From positions 32,623,596 to 32,662,380 of the forward strand of contig NC_068997.1 in assembly GCF_001194135.2 (NCBI RefSeq): a stretch of 38,785 nt of DNA, read 5' to 3'. Below the pieces are notes generated by a model. It was not told where the DNA came from and searched no databases. It saw nothing but the letters and a program-made list of their open reading frames with translations. The stretch's first letter is position 1, and every line of letters starts with the position of its first letter. This document shows positions 21,790 through 34,122 of this stretch, piece by piece. Source of the DNA: Octopus bimaculoides. Taxonomy: Eukaryota. The position numbers and the translations under genes were made by a program.

Positions 21790-22900
21790 TGTAACGCTTG
21801 GGGTGGATTGTAGAGCCCAATTATTGATAAATCATTAGTTCTATTACACCCACTCACTGATTCACAATAGCCATTGGAGAATGAGACATTTGTATATGCA
21901 CGAAATAAGTCGTGTAGGAAAATAACATATCCATTTCTTCTCCCAGTGCGGTCTGTGCGAACGGTGGTGCAATTCCTCCCTTTTGATTCAGTTTCCAAGT
22001 GAGACTTGTTGAGGTGAGTTTCATTAAGAATAAAGAAACAAACGTGATGAGGGTAGTCGGTAACCAATCTTGAATGAACTGAACCTTCCATATTTTGAGT
22101 TGAAGGATGGACAGCAAAAATGCTGAGACTGGAGTAGTAAGCTTATGACTTATGGCAGCGAGGAGGGTAGTTTCTGCACTAGAGTAGTGACAAGGTTGTT
22201 GCTGTGTGGTATATCTGGTACTTTTCTGAATCTCTTTTGCTAGTTTCCGCGTGAATAAAAAATAATTTACCTGGCTAGAGAGAATTTGGTGGCTGAAGTT
22301 GTGGTTTCACTAACAGTTTTATCGATTGCTTGATTTGTCAGTGTTCCTACCGAATGTTCTCTAGTTTCCCGAGTTGGTGGATTTTGCTTTTGTTTTTCGC
22401 TCTCGCTGTGTGCTTTCTTGTTACCTAAGTTGTGGAAAAAGTACTACTGCAACGGGGTGTGTCTTTTATGGAAATTTGGGGGATAGCTGGAAGTGTTCTT
22501 TCTTATAGTAGGTCGAGTCCTGGGGAGATGCGTGGACATACAATCTTGCGGTAGACATAATCCTCAGTGTTAGGAATAGCGGCGTTGGTGGTGTTGTAGC
22601 AAGGGTGCTATGGTTGGCGTTACTTTTAGTAACTGAGCCTCTTGTCCTTGGTAGATGAGTGAAATTGCAGTCACGGTTTGTGCATAGCCTCCTGCATACA
22701 GAATGGCAGCATAGTTTCGAATTTCATTGTAGCTGTGTAGGTGTTTTAAGGGGCAGTGGATTGGGAATAGTTTCAGGTTTAGATTTGTTTGGCTCTGATG
22801 ATATTGAGACAATGACGGTTGGAGAGAGGATGGAGAATGGCAGAGTTTGGTAGTAGTAGTAGTAGTAGCAGTAGTGGAGGTAGTTGAGTTTGGTAGTGTT
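21790..22900 (-). pseudogene. 5' part of a LINE: ORF1 remnant with a CCCH finger plus the ORF2 APE endonuclease N-terminus
   Basis: APE-like FILNETHL...TVRTDRTGRRNGYVIF...SIIGLYNPP at ~22060-21790. C-x8-C-x4-C-x3-H (CCHSVCRRLCTNRDCNFTH) at 22711-22655. Truncated at a TA tract and gap. Confidence 0.75.
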
Positions 22901-23034
22901 TGGAAATTCTGACGTTTAGCTAGTGGTGATGGGTGAGGGAGGGAGGAGTAGTTGAGATTGGTCAAAGGCAGAGGTAAAAAGAAGTGGTTGAGGCTGATTA
23001 CTAAAAGAGGTAATAGCAGTGAAAAAAGAAAAAG

Positions 23035-23043
23035 AAGAAAAAG

Positions 23044-23134
<91 letters not shown>

Positions 23135-23135
23135 G
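23035..23135. repeat. (GAA)n-(TAG)n-(TGG)n compound microsatellite
   Basis: Direct reading. Confidence 0.95.
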
Positions 23136-23441
23136 GTAGCAGCAGTGGGAGTAGCAAATGGGAACAGTAATGACGATGTCGATTATGATAGTGGTGAGTT
23201 TTTGTGTTGTATAGTGATTGATGGTGGCCTAAGCCACCATACTTCGTTGTTGCAGTCCTCGTTGCGGCCATTGTTGCTGCTGTGTTTATTATTGTAATTG
23301 TTGCNNNNNNNNNNNNNNNNNNNNNNNNNNNNNNNNNNNNNNNNNNNNNNNNNNNNNNNNNNNNNNNNNNNNNNNNNNNNNNNNNNNNNNNNNNNNNNNN
23401 NNNNNNNNNNNNNNNNNNNNNNNNNNNNNNNNNNNNNNNNN

Positions 23442-23485
<44 letters not shown>

Positions 23486-23933
23486 CGGAGAGTGAGAAAG
23501 AGAGATAGACAGACAGACAGACAGACAAAGACAGACAGACAAACACAGAGAGAGAGAAATATCTAGATGCAGAATGATCGAAATGCGTACCGACTCCCTC
23601 CTCTCACTTCATGTTTATTTTGTTTTAATAAATTGTGCTACGTCATCAGAATATTAACCAATAGGAAGGCAGTAATGTCCACGTATTTCGGTGCGTTTGT
23701 CAAGACGTCCAATCCACCCATCCTCCTTATGTTTCTAATCCGCCTTTACCTTCTTTCACACTGATGGTTTATTCATTAACATTCCAATCAGTTGAGATCT
23801 ATGCCAACTGAGAGAGGTTGAGCAACTGATATTGAGATCATTTGTTTAATACATCCGTCAAAAATATCAATTATTAAGTCCTTATCTTCCCCAATCGTCC
23901 CATTACCATTCTCTCTCTTTCCCCCTCCCTTCT

Positions 23934-23973
<40 letters not shown>

Positions 23974-25098
23974 TCCCTCTTCTCTATCGGTTTTCCTGTT
24001 TCTCTCTTTCTGTATAATTTCCAGTTTCTTCTCCCTCTCACTCCCTGTTCTTTCACTCAATATTTGCTACCAAGTTTTCTGCATATATTTTCTAATACCC
24101 ACTCTTTCTCTCCGTCTGTCTGTCTGTCTCTCTCTCTCTCTCACTCTCTCTCTCTCCCTCTCTCTCTCACTCTATCTATCTATCTGTCTCTCTCTCCCTT
24201 CTCTCTCTATTACACAACTTTTCATTTCCGTTTCACTCATGCTCATTTTCAGTCTCTATCGCTTTCATTTTACTGTTGCCCTTCGTCAACCTTTCCTTGT
24301 ATTACGTGCATGTATATAGTTTCTTTTCTCTTTTTCTTTTTCCCTTCTCTTTTTTCTTTTCCTCTCATTTTTATTCTTTTCTCTTTTGCTCATTTTAATT
24401 TTCTCCCATATTATTTTCTCATTTATTTATAACCACTTTCTTTTTTTCCCAACACATTTCTTTCTGTCTTTTCCTCTCTTTTTCTCTGTCAGTCTCACCC
24501 TTGACTGGATAAGAAAATAGCCACTTGGACATTAAGTCTCAACAGAGGAATTACTCTCTGATTAAATATGTCTTGGCCGCCATTCACAATATGTTGATGT
24601 GAGTATATTAAACCATCCGAATATTAAATAGCCAAAATGTATTCACATACGCAGTAAAAAAGGAACGATATTCATCGATAAATGTGGGACACAACATCCT
24701 ACGCCGATGGTGTTTGTGACGTTTGGAGAGGCTGAGCCACTAACAGCGAAGAACCTGTCATCGTTGTCACTCCGCCTTACCAAGATGTCAGGTGATGCCC
24801 GTGGGGGTGCGTGGCTGTTCCAGCCCCCTGCCCGTGGTAATGCCACGAGCGTGTTGGCTTACTTCAGTAGCTTCCGTTGAACCTTGTGGTGTGCGACCAA
24901 TTGATGCATTGGTGTTGAATTAGTTTGTCTTTCTTTCTTCGTCTTTCTTCTTATTTTTTCTTTCTTCGTTCATGTTTGTGCTGTCACCGGATTTTGGATT
25001 TGTATTATAGATGTAAGATATATACATACGTGTTATATATGTAATTCTTAAATTATCTAAATGTTCAATAAATAAACTATGGACATCATAATAAATTG

Positions 25099-27135
25099 AA
25101 CTGGTCAACAAAATTCGAACGTTTTGCTTTCTCATGAACTAAAGAAAGTGAATTTTATAGTATTTTTAATGCAGATTTCGAATTTTTAGAATTTTTCTGT
25201 CAGGCATGGTTTTTATGTAACAGAGTAATTAAATTATACTCTAAATATACCATATTAATGCGGAAATAAGGTTGACAATTATTATTGGTCAGCAGAATTA
25301 ATGAAAAATTCTGTCCCACAAACAAAAGTAGGTGAACTTAATAGCATTTTATCTGTAGAATTCAAGTGTATTTTCAGATTTTTTTCTATAAGTCATAGTT
25401 TTTCTGTGATAGCATGTGTAAATTGTAAGACAATTGCATTTCATGAATTAAAAAATCAGGCTGATATTAGAAGGAAACTTACCGTTGAAACGTAGAGGTT
25501 TATGATTTTCGATTGTATTTAACTTCTGGAACATCTCTTGTAAGTGACCAACAATAATCAGCCAACATAGAAGAGCTTCACTTTCCTTGGTACCGGGTTT
25601 CCATGTTCAGAATGTCCCGGTGAAACCTCTCGCTGTGCTCGTCACTGATAGCTCCAAGATTTGCAGCGAAAAAATCCAAATGAGAGTTCAAGAAGTGGAT
25701 TTTTAGGCTCATATTGCATCCCAAGGCCTTGTATGATGTCTATAGCTCTTTCACAATGTAAGAATAAATCTCTGCTCTGTGATTCCCCCAAAACTCTCTG
25801 CAAACTTCCTTAAATGACAGCTATGCATCTTTTTCAACATCATTGAGCTATCGTCATCAAACTTCTAGTCTCTCATCAGCTCCCTAATCTGTGGCCCAAC
25901 AAAAATGCCTTCCTTGAATTTTGCGTCACTTACTCTTGGAAATTTAGTTTTCAAATACGTGAATCCCTTGACAGTTGTCTCCTTAACTTTGATGAAAGTC
26001 TTCATCAACCCTAGCTTAATATGCAAAGGAGGTAGATAAATTTTTTCAGAATCAACAAGGGGAGGATTGATGACATTCTTCTGTCCAGGAGTCAGAGATC
26101 GTTTTGGCTACACATTCTTTTCATAATGAACTTTCTTATCCCGACTGTTCCACTCACAAAGAAAGCAACAAAACTTGGTGTAACCCAGCTGCGTTCCAAG
26201 TACAAGTGCCGCAATCTTTAGGTCACCACAAATGTTTCACTTATGTCCCTCATACTTAATTTTTGCAACAGATGCCTCATACTCTCATATGTTTCCTTCA
26301 CGTTAGCTGCATGGGCCAGAAGACCAGAAGGAAACTTATTTCCATTGTTGAGTAGAACTGCTTTCAAGCTTACTTTTGACGAGTCAATAAACAAACGTCA
26401 CTCATTCGTACTATATTTGTGGTTACGTTCCTCCATAACAGAATATACATCATTACAAAGCACCAAACCATCCTCAGGTGAGGAAAAATTTACAAAATCA
26501 CAATGCCGTGCACGATAAAAACTAACTTTGGTCTCTTCCTGGAGAAGATTCCAGCCCTTTAACCTGGAACCAAGAAGTTTAGCTTGCTTTTTTGACAAGT
26601 TTAAATCCTGCACAAGATCATTCAGATCTCCCTGACTCAACAAATGTGGTTCACTTGAAGAACAGTTAGGCTCAAAGTCCATGTCTTCTGTTTCTTTCTC
26701 TACATCTTCATCACTTGACTCGTCGTCATTGTCATTTGTTTTGGAGGGTTGACTATGAAGTATTGGTCTCATAGCAGATTGTAGATTAGGATATTGTACA
26801 GTTTGCTTGGATTTTGATGGATACCTTAATTGGATACCTTGTATATTCGTCATGCAGACGTAGCAATCTGAAGTGTGATCTTTGGGCTCTCTCCAAATCA
26901 TAGAGATGGCAAAAGGCATATGGCGTGAACCTTTGACCCATGCAGTGAGAAGTCTGACACAGGTTACACAACACACATGAGGGGCCCATATTTTATTCTG
27001 GTCACCCACTTTGCAGTCAAAATAATGTTCATAGCACTTTTAAATCAATGGTGCGAAACACCGTCTTTGTAACTTGAATGTTAAGTCACCTCAAATATAG
27101 CAGAAGTTGTTTACGATGTTTATACAGTTTTTCCT
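25099..27135 (-). mobile_element. Chapaev-type (CMC group) DNA transposon, 5'-truncated, with transposase pseudogene at ~25490-27135
   Basis: Minus-strand motifs CINIVNNFCYI, GDQNKIWAPHVCCVTC, WREPKDHTSDCYVC, LFIDSSKVSLKAVLL, CGDLK, PPLHIKLGLMK and SDEHSERFH, with stops and frameshifts. Putative terminus aattttgttgaccagtt ends at 25099. Family name comes from recalled motif similarity. Confidence 0.8.
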
Positions 27136-27149
27136 TTTTTTTTTTTTTT

Positions 27150-30100
27150 GCTTTATGAAGGTGAATGGAATGTGCGCACATTTCTAGATGATAATTTCAG
27201 CAAGAGGCCAGAAAGGCGTACTGCACTTATTGCATGTAAGCTTAATATTCTCTTCATATAGTTGCGCTTCCTGAAAATCTCCCTAGTGTGGGTCAAATAA
27301 ATGAAACTACTTATGGATATACTATCTTTTGGAGAGGCCTACCTGAGGGTCAGCGCAGAGAATCTGGTGTTGGGTTTGCTCTCAAGAATTCATTAGTATC
27401 CTTTATTGCAGAATTTGCAAGTGGTGTACCTGAAAGAACCATAATGCCATATAAAATTAACAAAAAATAGGTTTCTTACCGTTGTCAGTATTTATAGACC
27501 AACAATGTCTCATTCTGATGAAACTGTAGGAAAGTTTTATGATGATCTAGTTTAATTATTGAGAAAAATACCATTTTTTGACAAGCTGGTCTTATTGGGA
27601 AATTTCAACGTAAGAGTTGGAAATGACTACATTTCATGTTTTAAGCCGACATGGGATTGGAAAATGTAATAAAAATGGAGTAGCTCTTTCGACGTTTTGT
27701 ACTGAGAATAATCTGGTTGTTACCAACACTCTGTTTAAGCAGAAAAATAAATATAAAACCACTTGGATGCACCCAAGATATAAGGACTGGCATCTCATAG
27801 ATTTTATTTTGACCAGAAAGCGTGATACGAAAGATGTTTCTAGTGTTCGGGCCATGAGAGAAACAGAGAGCTGGACTGACCATTGTCTAGTGCGTGGAAA
27901 AATAAATTTTTCGAAAATGCCTAAAAGTTGACAGTCTGGTCCTAAGGTACCCAAAAAGTTAAATGTTGCAAACTTCAAATTACCAAGCAACTTACAAAGA
28001 TTTCACGATGCTAAAGAAAGTATCAATCTTGACCCAAACAATCTATGGGAAGATTTCAAAACAAAAGTATTTCAGGCTGCAAGTTCTTCAGTGGAATTTA
28101 AATCGCAGTAACTGATTTTCAAATAAATCAGCAGAAATTCATGATCTACTTTTAGAAAAACAAAACTTAGGCAATACACATCTTTCTCAGTCCTTGAACC
28201 CCAACTCAAACGAAGCTTACAGAATGCTGAAAGGTAAATTGCAGACTGCTCTAAGGAAAATTAAACAAGAATGGTAGACTGGCAGAACAAAAGGGTCACA
28301 AGAAGCAGCTGATAGAAATGATGTCAAGGGTTTGTACCCCTATGTTAAGGAGGTATATGGTCCAATATCTTCTTCAATAGTTCTAGTGAGAACAGCAAAT
28401 GGACATTTGCTTCTGACTGACACCGCTTCTATTCATAAGCGCTGGGTAGAACATTTTTTTGCACTTTTGAATAGATCATCATCCACTTTTGAATAGATCA
28501 TCATCCACTTTTGAATAGACCATCATCCTAGCATGATAGGAAAAATCGAACACATAGAGGAGATGCCATTTGAACCAACTCTAAATGACATTTACTTAGC
28601 AGTGAATAAGCTGAATAACAATAAGTCTCCAGGGTCTGATGGAATCTGTACAGAGGTCTTGAAATATGGAGATGACAAAATGTTTGAACTCTTAAATATA
28701 TTAATTTGTCACTGTTGGAGAACTGAGGAAGTGTCTCAAGACTGGATTGATGCCATTGTAGTCTCCTTGTTTAAATTGGGGCCAAAGGAACTGTGGTAAT
28801 TTCCGTGGGATTTCGCTTTTGGCTGTAGTTGGAAAGGTACTTGCCCGAATTCTGTTAGAACGTTTAAATACCTTCATAGTTCCAAATATAGTGTTTGAGT
28901 CTCAATGTGGTTTTCGCTCCTCCAGGAGCACTGTTGATTGTATCTTTAGTATCAGACAATTTCAGGAAAAGTTCATTGAACAGAATCTTGCCCTACACCA
29001 TTTCTTTGTTGATTAAAGCACGGCATTCAGTATTGTTAGTCGAAATGTTCTGTGGCTAATTCTAAGGAAAATAGGTTGCTTGGAAAAATTTGTGAACATG
29101 GTCAGAGCTTTGCATCAAGATATGAAGGCTAGAGTTAATTTTGGTGGTAGGCTCCCTGAATCTTTTGCTGTGGAAAATGGAGTAAAGCGAGAACTTGATG
29201 CACACACCCTCTTTGCAATATACTTTGCTGTTGTGCTGTGACACGATTTTCAAAACTCCGAGGAGAGTATTTACATAAAATATCGAACAACAGGGAATGT
29301 TTTTAATCTGATCAGACTGAAATTCAAAACAAAGGTTTTTACATCACTCGTTAGGGAGCACTTATACGCTGTCGATTGCGATCTAGTCAGTCATTCTGAA
29401 ACAGTTCTGCAATCTCTTGTATCTGCATTTGACGCAGCTTGTGATGATTTTGGCTTGACCATCAACTTGAAAAAAAAAAAAAAAACAGTTGTAATGTTGC
29501 AACCCACCTAAGATTTTCGTTAAAGGTAAGTTACTTGAGGCTGTTGACTCTTTCATTCACCTTGGAAGTTCTGTACAAAATGATGGAAATCTGGACACAA
29601 AGACACGTCTGCAAATTTAAAGGGCAGTACAAGCATTTGGTAGTTTGCAGTCACGCATTTGGTGCCGACATATAAATAACAACACAAAATTGGCTCTTTA
29701 CGAGTCGTTTGTCATCTTCTGAAACATGAACATGTTATGAAAGACATTTGAAATTGTCAGAACGATTCCATCAAAAATGCTTTCGACACATTTAAATGGG
29801 GCATTTTTTTTACTCCAGACGCAGATGTCTTTACGTCTGCAGGCATCACTTCAATTAAATCAATGATTCTGAGAAATCAAATGAGATGGTCTGGCCATAT
29901 TGTTCTAATGGTGGATGAACGCACACCCAAACTGTTGTTTTATGGCGAGCTTGCAGACGGGAAATGCAATCGGTGTAAACCTAAAAAAAGGTTTAAGGAC
30001 GGCATAAAGACTATCATGAAGTCACTTGGAATGGATCCAGCCCTTGCTTCAGATCTAGTTTGATGGCGAACAAGTGTGGAGTGGAATGAAAGCGTTTGAG

Positions 30101-30510
30101 GATAACAGATGCAAAACTCAATAGAGATTTAAAGAAGAATGTTGCGATCGAGAAGGTGAATTTCAGTGACCTTTTTGTGTGTACAGTTTGTGACAGACCA
30201 TGCCTTTCATTTGATGACCTATGAAAAATGAACCTCCACCAACTATTCTGCCTATATATCTGTGAACACCTTTCAATGCCGTGTATGCTATAAGATCTGC
30301 AATTCTAACGGAGGCCTCAAAGGGCATTTTAAGATCCACAAAGGTCAGAACTTAACTGCAGCTCTTGGTGGTCCAAATTGGTCATGGAATTTATGTGGGT
30401 GTCTTTTCAATACATTGTCTGGTTTTAAAAACCACATCAGACGCCATGATGAATCTAAGGTGTAGTTACAAGAGGCGGTCAGACTCTGCATAAGGAGAGC
30501 CACCATATGT
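27150..30510 (+). mobile_element. RTE-clade LINE with near full-length ORF (APE, RT, C-terminal C2H2 fingers), heavily pseudogenised
   Basis: WNVRTFLD...RPERRTAL, FWRGLPEGQRRESGVGFALK, HGIGKCNKNG, TWMHPRYKDWHLIDFILTR, KSPGSDGI, ESQCGFRSSRSTVDCIFSIRQFQEK, LYA(V)DCDL, QMRWSGHIV and PKLLFYGEL. Last stop at 30465, short 3' UTR. Confidence 0.93.
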
Positions 30511-30594
30511 ATGTGGCTCAGTGTTTAGAGTACCGGGCCCACAATCATGAGGTCTGTGACTGTCCCATCTCCCAAATTTAGAAATACAATACCC

Positions 30595-30622
30595 CTACTA
30601 CAACAACAACAACTACCACCAT

Positions 30623-30691
<69 letters not shown>

Positions 30692-30706
30692 TAGTACTAG
30701 TAGTAG

Positions 30707-30739
<33 letters not shown>

Positions 30740-30789
30740 ATACACGCAGATATATATATATATATATATCTGCGTGTATGTATGTGTGT
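30595..30789. repeat. (CTA)n and (TA)n microsatellites
   Basis: Direct reading. Confidence 0.95.
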
Positions 30790-30973
30790 NNNNNNNNNNN
30801 NNNNNNNNNNNNNNNNNNNNNNNNNNNNNNNNNNNNNNNNNNNNNNNNNNNNNNNNNNNNNNNNNNNNNNNNNNNNNNNNNNNNNNNNNNNNNNNNNNNN
30901 NNNNNNNNNNNNNNNNNNNNNNNNNNNNNNNNNNNNNNNNNNNNNNNNNNNNNNNNNNNNNNNNNNNNNNNNN

Positions 30974-31006
<33 letters not shown>

Positions 31007-31007
31007 A

Positions 31008-31324
31008 CATAACTCAGTATTTAGAGTATCGAACTCACAATCATGAGATAGTGAGTTCGATTCCCGGACCGGGCTGTGATATGCGTTCTAGAGAAATACA
31101 CTTTATTTCACGTTGCTCCAGTTCGCTCAGTTGCAGAAATGAGTTGCAACGTCAGTGATACCAAGCTCTATCCGTCTTTGCCTTTCCCTTGAATAACGGA
31201 GAGGGCGTGGAGAGGGAAAGCTGGTATGCATGGCCGACTATTGATCTTCCATAAACAACCTCGCCTGGACTTGTGCCACGAAGGTGACTTTCTAGGCGCA
31301 ATCTCATGGTCATTCATGACCGAT
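31008..31324 (+). mobile_element. tRNA-derived SINE (C-related head) with (GTAT)n tail
   Basis: A-box-like taactcagtatttag and B-box gagttcgattcc. A truncated similar head lies at ~30512-30560. Confidence 0.8.
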
Positions 31325-32056
31325 GTATGTATGTATGTATGTATGTGTGTGTGTATGTATGTATGTATGTATGTATGTATGTATGTATGTATGTATGTAT
31401 GTATGTATATGCTAAGTGTGATTGTTTATCAATCATGTGGTGTTGAGTTCGGTTCTACTTCATGGTGTTTTGAAAAAGTATCACCAAATGCATTAGTGAA
31501 CTGACCAATGCTTTGTAAGTGGTTGACGTATAATTGTGAGGAATCATGTATGTATATGTATGCGTGAGTACGAACGTATGTAGATATGTGTGTCTATATG
31601 TATATGCATATATATGTGTATATATATATATGTGTATATATTTACGCACGCACATACACACACACACACACGCACACACACACACACGCATGGACACACA
31701 TACACGTACACATACATGCACACACACATTCACACACTCACACGCACGCACACCAACACATACATTATGTGTGTGTGTATGTGTGTACGTGTGTGTGTGT
31801 GTGTGTGTAAGTGTGAGTGCGTGTATTATACACATATTAGTTTAGGAACTCATTTAGTCTAATGACAAATTGCCTGAAACACATTCCTCACAAGTGTGAA
31901 TAATTGTCAAATTTTTAATATATTTGCAATGTATTAACGAAAAAGTTATAATGCAATCGTTTATTCATGTCTTATTCAAGTGTCATAGTATTTCAAAGTC
32001 TTAACATATATAAATCATAATTAGTTGATTATATACAATTTCCATTGTTTGACGTT

Positions 32057-32057
<1 letters not shown>

Positions 32058-32125
<68 letters not shown>

Positions 32126-32127
32126 TG

Positions 32128-32173
<46 letters not shown>
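32058..32173. repeat. (CA)n and (GATA)n microsatellites
   Basis: Direct reading. Confidence 0.95.
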
Positions 32174-32174
<1 letters not shown>

Positions 32175-33687
32175 CCATCGGACGGTTTCGAAAAACCATG
32201 GATCAGCGCCTGGAGAATTTTGTCTCAGCTGCTGATGGCGGTGTTGCGGCTGCTACCCACATGGGAGTGGCAGTCTTGCATCCAATGACTGCATCTGAAA
32301 ATGCTCTCCACTGGCGTTACTGAGTTTTCCTTTCTTCGACCGTGCTTTTCTTCGGTGCCAAATTTCGATTTATATCACACACACACACACACACACATAC
32401 ACACGTTATACGTGTACATACATACATACATACATACATACATACATACATACATAGAATATAGCCAGACACTAAAATACGCGTGCTCGTGTTTTTGTGT
32501 ATCTCCAGTTGCTCATCGTTCGAAGAGCGAAGCTCCGTATTTTTAATGTCCCATAATTTCGTGGTCCAATAAATAGTGTTGATAAAATAATAGCTGAGAT
32601 GATAAATTAAACCCTTGAAGGTGGTACCAGCAAGGCCACATAGAAAAAATAAATGAGAGGAAAAGTTCAAGAACAACAATCGAAAAGTTCTTGCCACAGG
32701 TCTGGACACGAAATGTGCTTTTGCCACAGACTACGCAAAGCTGAGGTCCAAGAGAATACTCTGGAAACTAATGTATACTAAGCTACCTTAATGAGAGATC
32801 AAACAGTCACTCTTTCCAGCCAATTCTTTGACCCATCACCGATCAAAGTATCAGTTCCATTTGACCTGTTTCTGATTTTCGTTTTCATGGTCTTCTAAAT
32901 GTCTATAAAATGCGGCTCCACACTACTAACATCAATACGATCAGTAGGATAAGAATGATCTTAGTAGTTTGCCAACATTAATGCTGGTCGATTGATTAGG
33001 GTGTAGGGCGGGGCATCATAACGAAAACTAATTATCAAAGAAAAGAAACCAAAACAGTCTTGAATTGCACTGTGGTGAGTGTAAGCTGTTTAGAAAATAA
33101 AAAATAAAATCGCTTGAAATTTTTAGTGCAGTTATGGGCAATAAGTAGGAGTGCAACGAATAAATCTCCATCGGCTGTAATTGAGTCTCTCAGATGCTTG
33201 GGGAACATGATGATGTTCAGTACGGAAGAATGTGATTTTGTCAACAACACACAAATTGGAAACGATAAAAAGTAAACTAGCCATTGTGTGTCGAATTTCT
33301 GGCATTCACACACTTTCACATAGCCTCACCCACAAATGGATGCGACTCAATTCATGGAACAAACCTCCAATATTTGCAATCAAAATCATAGACAGATGAA
33401 CAAACAAACATTAAAACGTAGCTCGCCTACATCTCTGCAATAAGTTTCAACTCGAAGGAATCTGTGTATCCGTGATTAGCCAGTTGGACAATATTCTGAG
33501 GTTAAATACCGCTTGTGATTTGGGTGATATGGAAAGTATTCTGTTTTCAATACTTTTCTCACTAACAACTATTTTTTAGTGTTTATGCTCCGTTGACAAG
33601 CAGCGCATGCGCATTGAACTCTCTAATTGTAGATTTCTGGTAATGTTTTTTGTTTTAGTCTAGGCGTTGGAGTGACTGCATAGCATA

Positions 33688-34122
33688 GGCACAGGTGTGG
33701 TGTGTGGTAAGAAGTTTGCTTCCCAAGCATATGGTTCCGGGTTCAGTCTCACTGCATGACACCTTAAACAAGTGCCTTCTACTATAACCTCAAGCCGACC
33801 AAAGCCTTGTGAGTAGATTTAGTAGACGGAAACTGAAAGAAGCCTGTCGTATGTATATACATGTGTGTGTATGTATATCTGTATGTGTGTGTGCGCGCGC
33901 GTGAGTTTGTGTGTGTGTTTGTTCCCCGCACCACTTGACAACCGGTGCTGGCGTGTTTACATCCCCATAACATGTAAATGGTTCAGTAAAAGAGATCGAT
34001 AGAATAAGTATCAGGCTTAAAAAATAAGTCCTGGGATTGATTCATTCGACTAATAATTCTCCAAGGTGGTGTGCCCTAGCATGGCCACAGTCTAATGACT
34101 GAAAATAGTAAAAGATAAAAAG
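33688..34122 (+). mobile_element. Full-length SINE family B
   Basis: Head ggcacaggtgtggtgtgtggtaagaag...ggttcagtc, CORE-like gacaccttaaacaagtgccttctac, GT tract, tail gcatggccacagtctaatgactgaaaatagtaaaag. Confidence 0.9.

Noticed and set aside
22570-23271. 233-aa minus-strand ORF as a gene
   Set aside because: Mostly poly-Leu/Thr from trinucleotide repeats; the meaningful CCCH motif is in another frame that contains stops.
32175-32325. GC-rich island with open frame AIGRFRKTMDQRLENFVSAADGG...
   Set aside because: Only a vague resemblance to Tc1/mariner C-termini; too short, with no diagnostic motif or splice support.
32518-32540. ttcgaagagcgaagctc resembling the CUGUCGA family stem II
   Set aside because: It lacks CTG upstream and GAAA downstream.
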